Of a stretch of 64,000 bases of DNA, positions 1 to 13,700 are shown in pieces. The notes under the pieces were generated by a model. The model did not search any database. It was not told where the DNA came from and saw only the letters and a list, made by a program, of their open reading frames with translations. Each line of letters begins with the position of its first letter. Position 1 is the first letter of the stretch. A program made the position numbers and the translations under genes. The stretch comes from Glycera tridactyla (taxonomy: Eukaryota): positions 46,872,001-46,936,000 of the forward strand of contig OZ286471.1 of assembly GCA_965644265.1 (NCBI GenBank), written 5' to 3'.

Positions 1-447
1 TCAAGTTGGAGTTTTGCTTAAATGCTTCACTCAGTCATCATCGCACCTGCCTTCTCGAAAAGTGGATCAGAAGTTAGTCAATGAGCTGTGAGCACCATTA
101 TTCAGCATCCCATCGACAGTAATTGGGAAATCCTCAGAGAAAATAGGACTTTCGTGATTCATTCCAAATTTTTCGACACTGCTGAAAGTGAGCAGGACCA
201 TTGACACTGTCTATCTTGTATAAACACCCCTTGGTGATATGTAATACTTCTGTTTAACATTTACCTCACTTAGATGCAAATGTCACATACTTTTATTAGA
301 TAGTTCGCCGACGAATCTAGTTATTGCTAGAAGTAATGAAGCTGGGTTGAATATGAGCAGAATCTAAATTATTGAGTTGGTTTCATAGCATACTTATTTG
401 AGATACCAACTTTGATCACTCATCCTTATTACCATATTACTCACCAG

Positions 448-636
448 ATCCTATATGTGAAGATGGTGCCATATGCCATACACCGACGGTTGCGGGTACA
501 GGTCTCGGGCTGAACTGTTCATTCCCCTTCTCATATGATGGGGCAAACTACACTGGGTGCATCACCACTGATCATGATCGACTATGGTGCTCTGTGGTCT
601 CCACTGAAGACGTCCAACTGTGGGGTCACTGCCTAG
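448..636 (+). CDS. Exon: short Cys-linker fused to FN2 #1
   Basis: ccag|ATCCT...CCTAG|gtagg, 189 nt; DPICEDGAICHTPTVAGTGLGLNCSFPFSYDGANYTGCITTDHDRLWCSVVSTEDVQLWGHCL; mostly missed by ORF track. Confidence 0.85.
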
Positions 637-3600
637 GTAGGAATTATGAGTTTTCACCTTACATCCACACCGAGTGCCAATGTGGAAAGAGAGAATATGA
701 GGCATGTTGTATTTATTCTTGTGAAAATGTAGCGAGAATTCATTCATATATCAAGTTTGCTTGTGTGTGCCTACTCGCCACATTCCCCTGCCTCTTGGTT
801 TCATCTACTCCCTTATCTTGAAGGAACATGAACTCTATGGGCCGTCCAGTACCTATTCCAGAACTGTTTACTGGGTGTCGTCCCTAATTTTATATGAAGA
901 ATCTGTGAGGACAAGCTTCTTAGTTAGTATGTCCTCAAAGTTTGTTAATCTTCAAATTGATAACAGGGCAATAACGAGGAATGACATAAAAATGCCCTAA
1001 TGAGGATATACCCGATAATGTTATCGCAAAATCACCTAGGACACAATCGTTTTCTGGCAACATCTGTGATGCTATCCTTATTGTTCACTCAACATTGATG
1101 AAAATGGTATTGCATTGTTTAAGGTGAATGATATTGACCATTTTCCTAGTGTCCCAATACAGAACAGTGGTCTCTTATTATGCACGTAGATCCCGTCTGT
1201 GAGGTTCCTGCATCTGAAGAGGCAGTCGGCAATAATGTAACAGTCTCTCATGTTCCGGATGGCTGCATCGTCCCCACCACTGGAGGAAGTGGTACTGAAC
1301 GGAAGTGTCTTTTTCCGTTTGTTTATGATGGTATAAAATATACGGGCTGCACTGACATGGATCATGACCAGATCTGGTGTGCAGTATCTGAAGGCGGCGA
1401 AGAGTTCCTATGGGGAAACTGTCTAGGTATGTGCGAATTGCTCTTTTTCGCATGCTGCATGTAGGCTCAATCGAGTCACATTGGGTAAAATGCGTGATTT
1501 GTTAGAAAAAAATAATTAGTGAAGAATAAATGATAAAATAAGAATTAGTAAATAAATGATAATTAGTTTGAATAAGCTAGGAATAATAACGAAGTAATGT
1601 CTTGTATTGTATCCGATGAAGCATGTGCATATCGTCTTATACAAAGCAAGTGGAAGGTGTGATTTGTTTCCGATAGTGGTGTTGCAAGACCACATAATAG
1701 TTTGAGGAGTGCCGGAAACAATTGCATCCCATTTTGTATACCTGATAGTAAATGATGTCTGCAGCTGAGATGACCTACTAAAGATTAATCAATGTGAAGG
1801 TTCGCAATAATTGACAATTGAGGATTAATCATCTTTTCTAGTAATGCCACAGGTATCGTCTGGGGAGCAGACAACTGCCACTGGGGATTCAGGTGAAATG
1901 TCGTCCAGTCAGTGAGATAGGTTCAAGGAAATAGGAGCCTTGGTATGGTAGAGCCTACCTTCTTTGTTTATATGTCAACTATTCATTCTGCCGTAGTCGC
2001 AAATTTAAGTGAATAATATATTCATTGCGCTACCTCCAGATTATGTGTGCGGATCGAACAAGATGATGGCAGCCAATTTGATCGATAATCGTACCGTCAC
2101 TCCACCAAACATAGAGGTAGAATTAATGGTCGAACCACAAGCCCGCGAATCCGAAGGTAGTCATCCTTACTCACAATCTTTATTTTCTGTATCACATATT
2201 CAAGACACGTTTTCACTCCTTTATCATAAAGTATCAGGAATTCTACGGTACATCCAAAATCATATTCCTTGTCTGCATTATTCACATATTCTGTGTTTGC
2301 AGCGGGAATTCCAATAGCTGATCTGCCTCCTTTCGTCCGATACCATCTCACAAATCAAATACAGTTGAACCTGCCCTGACTATGCCCGGTACTAAGCAAA
2401 ATCTCAGGGTTGCATTCAGGATTTCCTGAATTGGAGGCATTGGCCCCAATAATATGAGAAGAGGGCACATTTCTCCAAGAAATATCTCAACATGGGTGCA
2501 TTCAACATTGGATAGGTGCAGTCCTCTTGCAGATTTAGGGGGCATTGTGGCCCTGATTCCCCCAAAAAGGAACCCACACTCAACAAAGTGTGTGAAATTC
2601 CCGAATACCCCCTCTGGACGCAACCCTGAAAACTTTCCTAAGCAACCCTGCTGTATTCATCCCGCTTGAGTATTCCCATTATGATTCCCTCTACTGAGCA
2701 TGCATCTGTTCTAAGCATGCACTTTTCTGTCTTCCGTTGATCGCAATCCTCAGATTAGGTTTTACTGCATGCCAATTCCAGAAGTGAAGTCAGTTTCTAT
2801 GATATAATCTACATGTTCTTCACACATCTGTGGGTTGATCAATCTTTGCCGAGTTGACATCTCATTGACTTAATTTGAAGTGTGCTTACATTAGCCAGTC
2901 GACTGAATACTGCATGAGCTGGATTACCTCTTAAATTGTCACCAGAGAATGTTAACGTATTCTAGTGACATGTGAACATACTTATAGACCTGGTATGTGT
3001 TTTATTCCACTACTCAGGATGTTTCACACCAACGTCTGGTGGCACTGGAAACGGCGAGAACTGTCGTTTCCCCTTCTGGTATTCGGCTGGAATCTACTAC
3101 AGCTGCATCACTACAGCCGATCGAGATGGGCGGTGGTGTTCCTTAACCACATTCTATGACAGCAGTCAAGAATGGGGCTATTGTCAAGGTGAATATCAGA
3201 ACTACCTCATGATGTGACAGGTGGAACTTGGCACAGATAGTACGTTCCATATGGATTTGAGATATGGGAAATTATCCACTTATTTGGATTAGATCATCAG
3301 CAGCGTCCGGCATCGCCTCTTTAATGTTTACAATCTGTCTTTCTATCGAGTTATCTGTCTGCCCTCTTACAGTCCATCCATCCGTCTATCCATCTGCCTG
3401 TCTGTGTACCTGTTTTCCTTTCCTCTATGTCCTTGCCTTGCTCTCTATTCCTGTCCCTCTTTCTCTCATGGTACCTTCTCTCTGTCTCTGTCTCTGTTTG
3501 TTTGTCACTGCCTGTCTATCATTCTGTTCATCTATTTATCGGCCAGCTCATCCGGTCATCTATTTGCCTGTCTCTGCCCATTCCCCCGTCCTCCTGCTAA

Positions 3601-3775
3601 TATGTCTATCCACCCATCTCTTCACTCCTCTTCTCTGTCTCCCTTCTCTGTCTTTGTCTCTCTCTGACTGCCTGACTGCCTGCTTACATGTATGTCTGTC
3701 TGTCTGTGTCTGTCTGTCTATCATGATGTCAGTCCGTCTGTCTGTCTGACTGTCACTGACGTGATGTCAGTAGCA

Positions 3776-3860
<85 letters not shown>

Positions 3861-4656
3861 CTCTCCCTCTCTCTGTATTCATCTGTCACTCGCATACATA
3901 TAATATATACCTTGTTCTGTCTTCCAATCCTTCCCTATTCTATTTATGCTGCGATATTACTATTTACCAGAGGAGCAATGTGGCGATGCAGTGGATATTG
4001 CTGCAAACGTTCAAGACACAAAAGCTCCATCTACTTCCTCTACAACCACGAAGCAGCTGGTGGTGCCTGTGAATGATCCTAGAGATAATGAAGAGATACC
4101 CGATCCACTTAACATTGATGGGGTAGGAAGAGGTAGGATGTTGTTGATACGCACCTAAGATAGTAGCGATGCACAGGGCCTGATCAAATGTAGTTGTGCC
4201 AGTTCTAGCGAATATGACGTCAACTTTTAACCATCGCTTCTTACCTTGAAGACTGCACTCTAGAAAAACAAGTTTCATTCTTCGGTGCTATATGTAATCT
4301 TCATTCCAAGGCCCCTTCCTGTTCTATCCGATCCTCCAGTTTTCCAGAAATGCATTCACATGAACTCAGGAATCACGTCATGCCTGTTTCCCCCTCACTA
4401 TCGAAGTCTCTCCCCTTAGACATTAAACATAAACCCATCCTCAGGACTTTCAAAGCAATTCTTAAAGGCTTACTTCTGCATGTCTTGATTTTTCTAAGAG
4501 ATACATAAACAATGTAAATCGCCCTGGAGCTCTTCAAGAAAACGCCCATGATAGTCATTTGTGGTAGATTTGTGACTATATGTGTATATGTCTTCGATAT
4601 CGAAAAGTACAAGCAATTACTCAGCAATCATCTGCATGAATACGTGACCAATTCTT

Positions 4657-4742
<86 letters not shown>

Positions 4743-7700
4743 TGCCTATCCATAGTTACCGTAAGAGATATTGTTCCTATGCACTATATAGTATGTTTCA
4801 CGCCAACCTATGATGGGAATGCCGGAGGTAGTCCTTGTGAATTCCCCTTCTGGTACGCTGGATCACTGCACACTGACTGCATCAACATCGATAGACCAGC
4901 GCCGTGGTGTTCCATCACCACCTTCTTTGAACAGGAACAGTTATGGGGATATTGCTTAGGTAAATATATATATAACCTGACATTCTAGTGTTTTCAGGGA
5001 AGAATCACATTCTTCGATGAAGCAGCCTGTCACATATCATTTTCCCTCATTTTCTGAAAACATTAATGAAATAAGGGACAGGTCAACGGGTCCTTTCCAC
5101 AAATGTTGCCATGTATTTCGGATTATCCATGATAGTATTCACAACATTCCATTCATATATCTCTTATTGGTTGGATCCAGTAGCTCAGGTTATCTTCCCT
5201 ACTAGGTCAGATATATACTCAGCACATTTAATGTACAGTTTCTGTAAAATCCTAGGGTCAGCGTCCCATATCCTGGAGTATGCAACGCACTTGAGAATGG
5301 AATATAGTCTATATTTGATAGTTCGTCAAGTTGTAGTTTCAGCTTCCACGATTGCTTGCTGTTTTTATATACAGAGTGACTTGTCTTTCATTGATGCAGA
5401 TGAATTTTGTGCTGGCGTTACAACCACTACATCTACCTCCACCTCAACCACTTCATCCCCGACGGGAATTCCAGGTAGATGAAGGAATTGGTGATCAACC
5501 ACTTCTGAGTATCATATATTTGAATTTATGAGATGGAGATCGATTTTTCTGGTACGACACGTTAGATAATGATACGCATCAAGACTTGTGCCTCAGCTCC
5601 GACATCTGGAGTTCCAGTCCATGTACCGAATACATTCGTTTTCTAGCCTTAGTTCCATCACTTCCTGTCCAATTATATGAAGGCAGTATCGAAAAAAGGC
5701 ATTCTATGTCCATAAGTTTCATGATGCACGCTATTTTAGCATGACTATTCGGTGTTCAGTGTAGAGAATGTCTCCAGGAAAATACATCAGATTAGGAGTT
5801 AGTTTGAACTCCGACCTTGAACTTGAAACGTACGCACTAAATGTTCACGTACAGGGTGCATCTCAACTGATTGATGCGTCAATTTTCTCATTCAGAAGTT
5901 TCAGAGCTCCCAGGATCAAGTGACGCTCAAAATCTATTTCCAGGACCTGTAGTATCTAATTGTTCCATGTACTTTTTTAGTTCAAATGCCTCAAAATCTG
6001 GTTTGAAATTTAGCTTCCAACCAGTTCGGTATGCCCTTGAAATGTTTAAAGTGTATCTCCTATTTGAAGGCAAATATATTAAAATATTCGACTTATTCAC
6101 GTGGCCACAAGAAGGATGAAAACGGTGCACTTAGATCTCAGTCTTTCTCAGTGTAGGTGCTTAGAGCAAGATTGTCTGTAACTCACATATTTCAAACGTG
6201 CCATTTCAGTTGGATGCTACATCCCAACTAGCGGCGGCTCGGCTGGAGGGGCACGCTGCATATTCCCTTTTCAGTACAAGGGGAACTCTTATCGAAGTTG
6301 TACCGCATTAAAAAACGATGGCGTCGAGTGGTGTGCCACAACATCCAACTATGACGAGGATAAACTCTGGGGCAACTGCTTAGGTACTCTACCGAAAATA
6401 ATCCGGTCTAAACCATTCTATAACTAATTCTACGGTGAGAGTTTGGTGGGGATTCCGAGTTGAATGCTCCAGTTCAAATCAAATCAGGTTGAATCCAAAT
6501 TCTGGACGCTATCGTAACCATTATTCCATGTCCCTATCATCCTTTGGTATACTGTTGCCAAGTGCATGCTAGTCATTTTGATTCAATTTCCTGCATCAGT
6601 GTTTGTGCCCGACCTTCTCAATAGTGACTCAGGTGAGTTCTGCTCATAGGCTTGGGCTTCGTCAACTTGGGAGGGTAGCGCAAACCATGGGCCAGTGCCC
6701 GTTGTTACAGCATCCAAGACATGCAAAATTGGGTTGAAGGTCTCTCTCCGGTAATCTCAAGTCACCAATGCAAACTGACCTTGCTTACAATGAAACTGAG
6801 TCTGAGGCTCTGGGGTGTAATTTGTGGGAAATATTCTATCATAATCTTCTGATGGGTGGATCGTAACATTGATTTGACAGTATCCCGTCATCTTTACATG
6901 TACTATACTTTCACTACATAAGTAAAGTAAGGTGACGTTGAAATGCATTCCATCCAGATTGTTCACTACATTGGAAGTCATATTCGCGTCAATACCGGTC
7001 AGCCAACCATTCAAATTCCTGAGCTGAAGGACTAATGTTGGCGATGAGTTGTGAGTGCATGCCCTATATCTGACAATGAGATATTCTATGAATAACATTC
7101 TGATTAGTATCTTGCATTCTCATGGTCTGTAGAACCGGTGTGCGATGGTGTAACGGAGTCCGCGCTTCCTTTACCTGTTACGAGATCACCCGAAACACCA
7201 GTTCGAAGGACAGATCTACCGGTCACCCTCCCAGGTAGACATCTATCACTATTTGCATGCTAATGGACACTACCCTTCCATGAGAATAGGCCAGGCGATG
7301 CAACACATCGCTATGAGCTCCGAAGAATAACTTGCTTGATGATAGCATGGGAATTTTTCGAAACTAGATCACAGTGGAACACATCTTGTGTTCAAGATTT
7401 GTGTGAATGACTTGGACCTTCATGGAAGACTGTGTCTACCCCCATGCCTGAAGCATGTCATCTTCAATGAGAAATACCAGGCAATAGTCTCCTATCAAAT
7501 TCACTTCGACAAAACATCACTTTTTGATGGAAACAAACGGGTTATCAGAAAAATGTGTTGATCACATTGAATCATGTACCAATCACTGACATTTATATGT
7601 TTGTACAAATGTGCATATTCTGCTGACCTGTGTCATAAATACTCATTCAATTATTGTACCAGTAATCCATCAAATGCAGAAGTATCATTCCCGTCAGTTG

Positions 7701-10700
7701 CCACGAGATGTCACTCCGACCAAATGGCACCTCATCGAATGGCTGTTTGGTGTCTATTTCAGCGGGTTGTTTCATACCTACGATTGGTGGGAACGCAAAC
7801 GGGGCTCGTTGTGTATTCCCATTCTTCTACGATGGTGACCTCTACGAGGAATGTACGACCATCAAGAACCAGGGCAGGGAATGGTGTGCGACCACGTCCG
7901 ATTATGACGCTGACAAACGCTGGGGCAACTGCCGAGGTAGACAGATGACCACCTTATGTTTGAGTGTCTGTGAATTCTAGAAAAAGTTCGTGAAAAACTC
8001 CACTCACTACCGGTGCATGGGCGTCTCAATATAGCCTCACTGGTGCTAAGGGGGTGAAATCGACCAACCTACCATCATAGATACATATGAGCCTTCTCGA
8101 TATGTAGCATTGCGATATATTCCGGCAGATGTCCTGGTAGATGTGTAGACATTCGTCGAGCTCAGCGTGTACCCTTGTTCCAATTACAGCGAAGTGTTCC
8201 TGAATTCTGCACCTCTTTTAGAAACGCAGCAAAAGTCTGGAATATTCAATGTATGGTCATTCGTTCTACAAAAACTATGAGTAGACGTGGGACTATTAGA
8301 CTTTGCAAGATACCGCTATAGCTGAATATCATCTACTTTGTCTCTCTCTAGAAGTATTATACTATGAAGCTAAAAGTATCTAGCTCAATTCGAGTACTTT
8401 AGTATACTCGTGCGTATGGTTCTAGTCTCGGATATATGTGAGATATATGTGACCATCGTGAATCATGAGAGCGAGCGGTGAATGAATGAGAAAGGTGTGT
8501 GTGTGTGGGGGGGGGTGTATGTGTGTGTGGGGGGTGGGTGGGTGGGTGTGTGTGTGTGTGAGAGAGAGAGAGACAGAGAGAGAGGGGGGAGAGGGAGAAG
8601 AAGAGCGTGAGAAAAGAGATAGTGGATAGGTGGGAAACGAATGGAGTTACACCAAAGTGTAATAGGTCGAGAAAGGGACATTGTTTCGGCAGTTAAATGC
8701 CCATTCATCAAGCACATATCAATTCTTTCTTGCTGACAGACCTCACCTGTGTTACCAGTACTTCACCTGCCACATCCACTTTGAAAACTACGACTAGCAC
8801 AAGCACTTCATCTCCCGCAACTACAACTACTACTACGCCTGAAGGTACATCGCATTTTTATCATTTCTTATCTTTGCGAAAGTATGATTTTTTTTCTGAC
8901 AGCAGTCCACTTCGAATAGTCGATCAATATACTATACACACGTGCACCAATCTTACATGTTAAACATTGTGCCTCTCATAACGAATGCCCTGACCAAATA
9001 GAAATATCTGATGGATTTGGTATAATCGGTCCTAGCACAGGACCGTTACTACATCTCTTGAATCACATTTGATAAAATATGTCCATCTGTGGGTGGGGAA
9101 GCTTGATAATCTTGCCTCGCTACTATTCTCAATTCGCTGATATATCTCTGATTTGTGATGAAAATTAGAGAAATCATCCACGAAATTACATTCCAAGAAT
9201 AGTACCAGTGGGCCAGTGAAAAATAAATTAGTCGAATTATTCGATACCAAATATGTTTCTTTTAGCCTATGATGGACCCCTTCAACCTATTATCGTCCTG
9301 CGCTGGGCATGAAGGACCCAAACCTGAATTATTTACTTGACATGATTACCATGGCAACGGTTTCAGAATAAATTTTGACTTGAAGAATACTGATTGTACC
9401 GAAAGCCAATGTAGTAACCTAACGTCAGATGTAAGGGTTTCTACCCGTAATTTTGAAAAAAGCTTTCTTCACTGAACTAAACACTCATAACACAATTACA
9501 ATTTCAGGAATCCTTGCAAATTGCACCACAGCAGCATTCACACATAACGTCATTTCACAGGGCTGTACCGTTGGTGAGGATATCCAGGGACTAGACTAGC
9601 CCTCTGTGGGATGATATCTAGGAGCCATATCTGATTTTTATAGCCAGTCACTGGTGAATTGGTCGAACAATTTTCGAAATTTCAGAAGCCAGCTGGCTCT
9701 TGAATTTAAAGTTCAGTAGCTGGGTTTGAAATTCGGTAGCATTTAGATAACCGTGGGTGGTATCATAGAGCCCTGCTACATATGTCTGTATACGATTACC
9801 ATCCCAACTACTAAGCTACTTGGACAATCTACCCGGCATTCACACACCATCACTAACTATGTATATTTGATCGGAAGTGGCTCTCGTCGATCATACCCAA
9901 TGCAATAGTATTCAACAAGTTATGCTGTCTTTCAGGTGATTGCTACACCCCCACTTCAGGAGGTACTGCTGGAGGAGCACGCTGTAGCTTTCCTTTCCTC
10001 TATAATGGTCAGCTCTACGCAGAATGCATAACCCGCAACAATAACAATCGACCGTGGTGTGCTACAACCCTCTTGTATAATGTTGATAGGCTGTGGGGAA
10101 ACTGCTTAGGTAAATTCTACAATTCACACTATTTGATCCAATCTCCACGAATACATTACAAGTTTCTCTTGATCTACCATGGTTCGTCACCCTAGGAGTA
10201 CCATCATATAAAATGGAAGACACACCAATTCACTAATATTTATAACATTCTCATAACTCATATCAGAGTCATATATTTCGTTTATGCTACTGTGTGCAAT
10301 CACTTGTATTTTTCAGTCCATTATTGCATGTCCTATTCATTGATTCAAATCACTGACAATTGCCTCTTGTATGTGATCTCCATAAAACTTATTCTCCCAC
10401 CATGAATCCAGGAGGATGAGTCCATGTGATGCCATTAGCAAAGGCCTCTTTAAAATGCGTGTAATACTGGTTTGCTGGAAAAACATGCTCAATCAATCTG
10501 ATTCATTACTGAAAATCAACTACTGATGGTCACCCTGGGGTTCTATGCCCGGCCCCATTCATATTATGTACGGCTGTTCAACTTTTGTAATCAAGACCAA
10601 GGTGTTGAAAGGTAGCATGATGTCTGTTTGACCCGCCGCAGATCGAGTGTGTGGGATTGCTTCACCGTCGACAATGTCCTCCATGACCAGTCGAACAACG

Positions 10701-13700
10701 ACGGCGCCTTCAACAGAGCCACAAGGCCCCTCTGTTACTGCTCGCTCGACTGTCTCAACATCGGAGCGCACCAGAGCTACACTCATACCAGGTACCTGGC
10801 CAGATTTCACACAATACATGCTATACAACAGCAGAAAAGATACTACCCTCTCGTCGCATCTGATCTTTGGATGGTGGATGATGGGTAGTCAATATTAAAC
10901 TACTTTCGACATTAATTATAAAGGTTGTGCATGGATCGACTACCCCGTGTTATCTTGGTATTTAATTGAATTGAAACAGCTTTATTTAACTTTAATCCAA
11001 CAAGAATTACTCCATATGCATGGCATTTCCACTGAAGACGAGGAACAAAAACGTATATAGTGCAACTTGAATATGTACAATTTAAGATACAAGGTATAGC
11101 CTACTGTATGATCATGATATTGGAGGTTTAACCAATTTGCAAGATCAATGTTTATATCAGAGGTGGGGCCAGTTTCTCATCGCATATCTACAATATGATC
11201 ACAGTCGACCGACTGCAGGTATATATTCTTATCACTAATGCAAATCCAAAAAAGTTTTTCGTGAACAAAAACAAGCACTGAGATGCCAAAACTACAAATA
11301 TTACGCAAGGGGTGGGAAGATAGTCTTTGGAACAACACCATTGTAGAGTATTACATAGTCATAAGACAGTGGGTTAGGGAGGTGGAGAGATAGATGTGTG
11401 ATGAGGAATTGTTATCTACGGGTCAAAATGGTGACCTCAAGCGGTCCTTCATGATATTGGCAGTATGAAGTCTGGGGGTTAGTTGGTCAAGATTTGTCAA
11501 CATATGGGTGGCATGTATGTGCTGAGGTAATTTGAATGTGGTGCTATTTAACTCTCTTAGTTGGTTGCTATACACCGACGGAAGGAGGGACGGCAGATGG
11601 AGCACCATGTGTATTCCCCTTCGTCTACAGAGGTCAAACCTATTTGCAATGTACCAACGTCAGAAATGATAACGTCTTCTGGTGTTCCACCACGCCCATC
11701 TACGACGACCTCTGGGGGAATTGCTTAGGTGAACCAACCCTTCATTTCTTCTTCATTCTGTGCCTGTGGACAAAAACTAAAGCTGTTAAGAGAGATGGAT
11801 GTTTCTTCCGATGTAAACTTTGCCGCGATCTTTCATCAAATCAACAATATGGAATTGTGATCCTCTGGTCACTGCCTGTATTAAGCAATATGATCAAGCT
11901 GTTTGAGAATACTATTGATGACAATACAGTGCCTGCTCTAAAGACCACCTCTGTAAAGACCACGGAAGAGACGACAGATCCAGTCATCCGAGAGACTTAT
12001 CTGGCATTGTTCAGTTTTCTGATTTCACAGGTCATACCATAATTGAATCTCTTCTCAGAAAAGTCCTATTTTCACTGCGCAACACTGGTCAACATAATTT
12101 TCAATAATAGAAATGACACCTTGAATGATGTCCACCTTTTTGTTGGGGCCTGGGAGGGGGAGGCTCAAATGATCCCACCCATTCCCAATGAACGAGCGCC
12201 TCAATATAGCACATATGACACTGACATGTTGTTAAAGCAGGAGCAACCACCCAACAAACTGCCTCAGAAAGTTATTGGCCGCCTGTTCTAGGCCTGGTGA
12301 CCTACTGAAATGTCATACCTTCACTGTCCAGGCTTACGAACCATGCTGATATCCCAAAACATCCATAAACCTTGATTTTTCCATTGTAAAAATCATCACT
12401 AATTATTTCAACAAACGCACTTGCCTTTCATGCAGATGTCTTCTGTCCACCCGAGACCACCACTGGTGCGCCAACTTTCCTACCTCTTGGTTGTTACATC
12501 CCCACACGAAACGCGAGGGGAATCTGTGTATTTCCATTTATATATCGAGGAAACACCTACACAGCCTGCACAAGTATTAACCACGATACCCTCTGGTGTT
12601 CACTTACATCAAATTATGACGTCGATAAACGTTGGGGTGAATGTCTCGGTACGTATATGTTTAGTGTTTAACCACTCCACGGACAAGTCCAGGATATTTA
12701 TGATCGACTTTTTGTGCATAGGTTCCCTCGAGATATATCAGCCAAGAAATAAATCAAATGTATGGTCCACTCAAACTGTTGGCTTTGATCCACACAATGT
12801 ATGGTATCATCAATCAGAATAAGCAATCAGAATTAGCAATAGAAAATGCGCGCCATATGCCTCTATCAGTTGTGAATCCATATCTGATATATGTGATATA
12901 TGCGATATATGTGATATATGCGATATATGTGTGTGTGTTGGTTGTTACTATATTCAGAGGAGCAGTGCGAGTCATCCTCGACAACGACTGTGTTACCAGT
13001 GAAGCCTTCCACCACTGCCGCAGTGTCAGCTACTTCCACTTCCCTGCCAGGTACACGCATCATTTCTGCATACACACATTCTGTTGTGCTTGTTCTGTAC
13101 TAAGCTACCAAGGCTCGCGCCCTTGTCGATTAGAAGGGTCTAAACGCCATCACAGTGGTTTCGAGTTAATCGCAAAGTATTTGTCTACGGATAACACGAC
13201 GCATCGCGCGAGTTCGTGGCCGCTGCCATGTTGGATTTCTGCGCAAGTATCGCTTTGCCCGCTCACTTCCGGTCTAGCTCAACACCATTGAAAATACGCC
13301 CCCTCTCCCTCCCCCAGCTTGCCATGGCTTCCACACCTTTGCAATAAGCTCGAAGAGCTTTGACATGCTTTGAGCCGTGGCTTCTACACCTTCACAGTTC
13401 ACTTGTGAAGCCCTGAAGGGTTGCCACGGCTCAAAGCATGACAAAGTTCTTCGAGCTTATAGCAAAGGTGTGGAAGCCATGGCTTATAAAGCTGGGGGAG
13501 GGAGAGGGGACGAGAGAGTGAGTTAGGGTCAATGTATTTTGAGTGGTGTTGAGCTAGACCGGAAGTGAGCGGGCAAAGCGATACTCGCGCCGAAATCCAA
13601 CATGGCAGCGCCCACGAACTCGATGCGACGTGTGTATGTATACATATATATGAATATCGTGAAGGAAATAGCCAATAGATGAGCTTGACGGGTGAGAGGT

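Noticed and set aside
1842-1892. Possible 51-nt phase 1-1 micro-exon (VMPQVSSGEQTTATGDS; ttctag|...|gtgaaa)
   Set aside because: Splice sites and frame fit, but it lacks the invariant position-4 Cys and would break the C-x4-C spacing kept at every other junction; unsupported without RNA data.
3264-4072. Long ORFs rich in S/L/C/V
   Set aside because: Translations of (TCTG)n/(TC)n low-complexity DNA.
11729-12042. 3' extension of ORF 11536-12042 (TTSVKTTEETTD) as coding linker
   Set aside because: Lies beyond the GT donor at 11729, and the Thr-rich part derives from a MITE terminal fragment.
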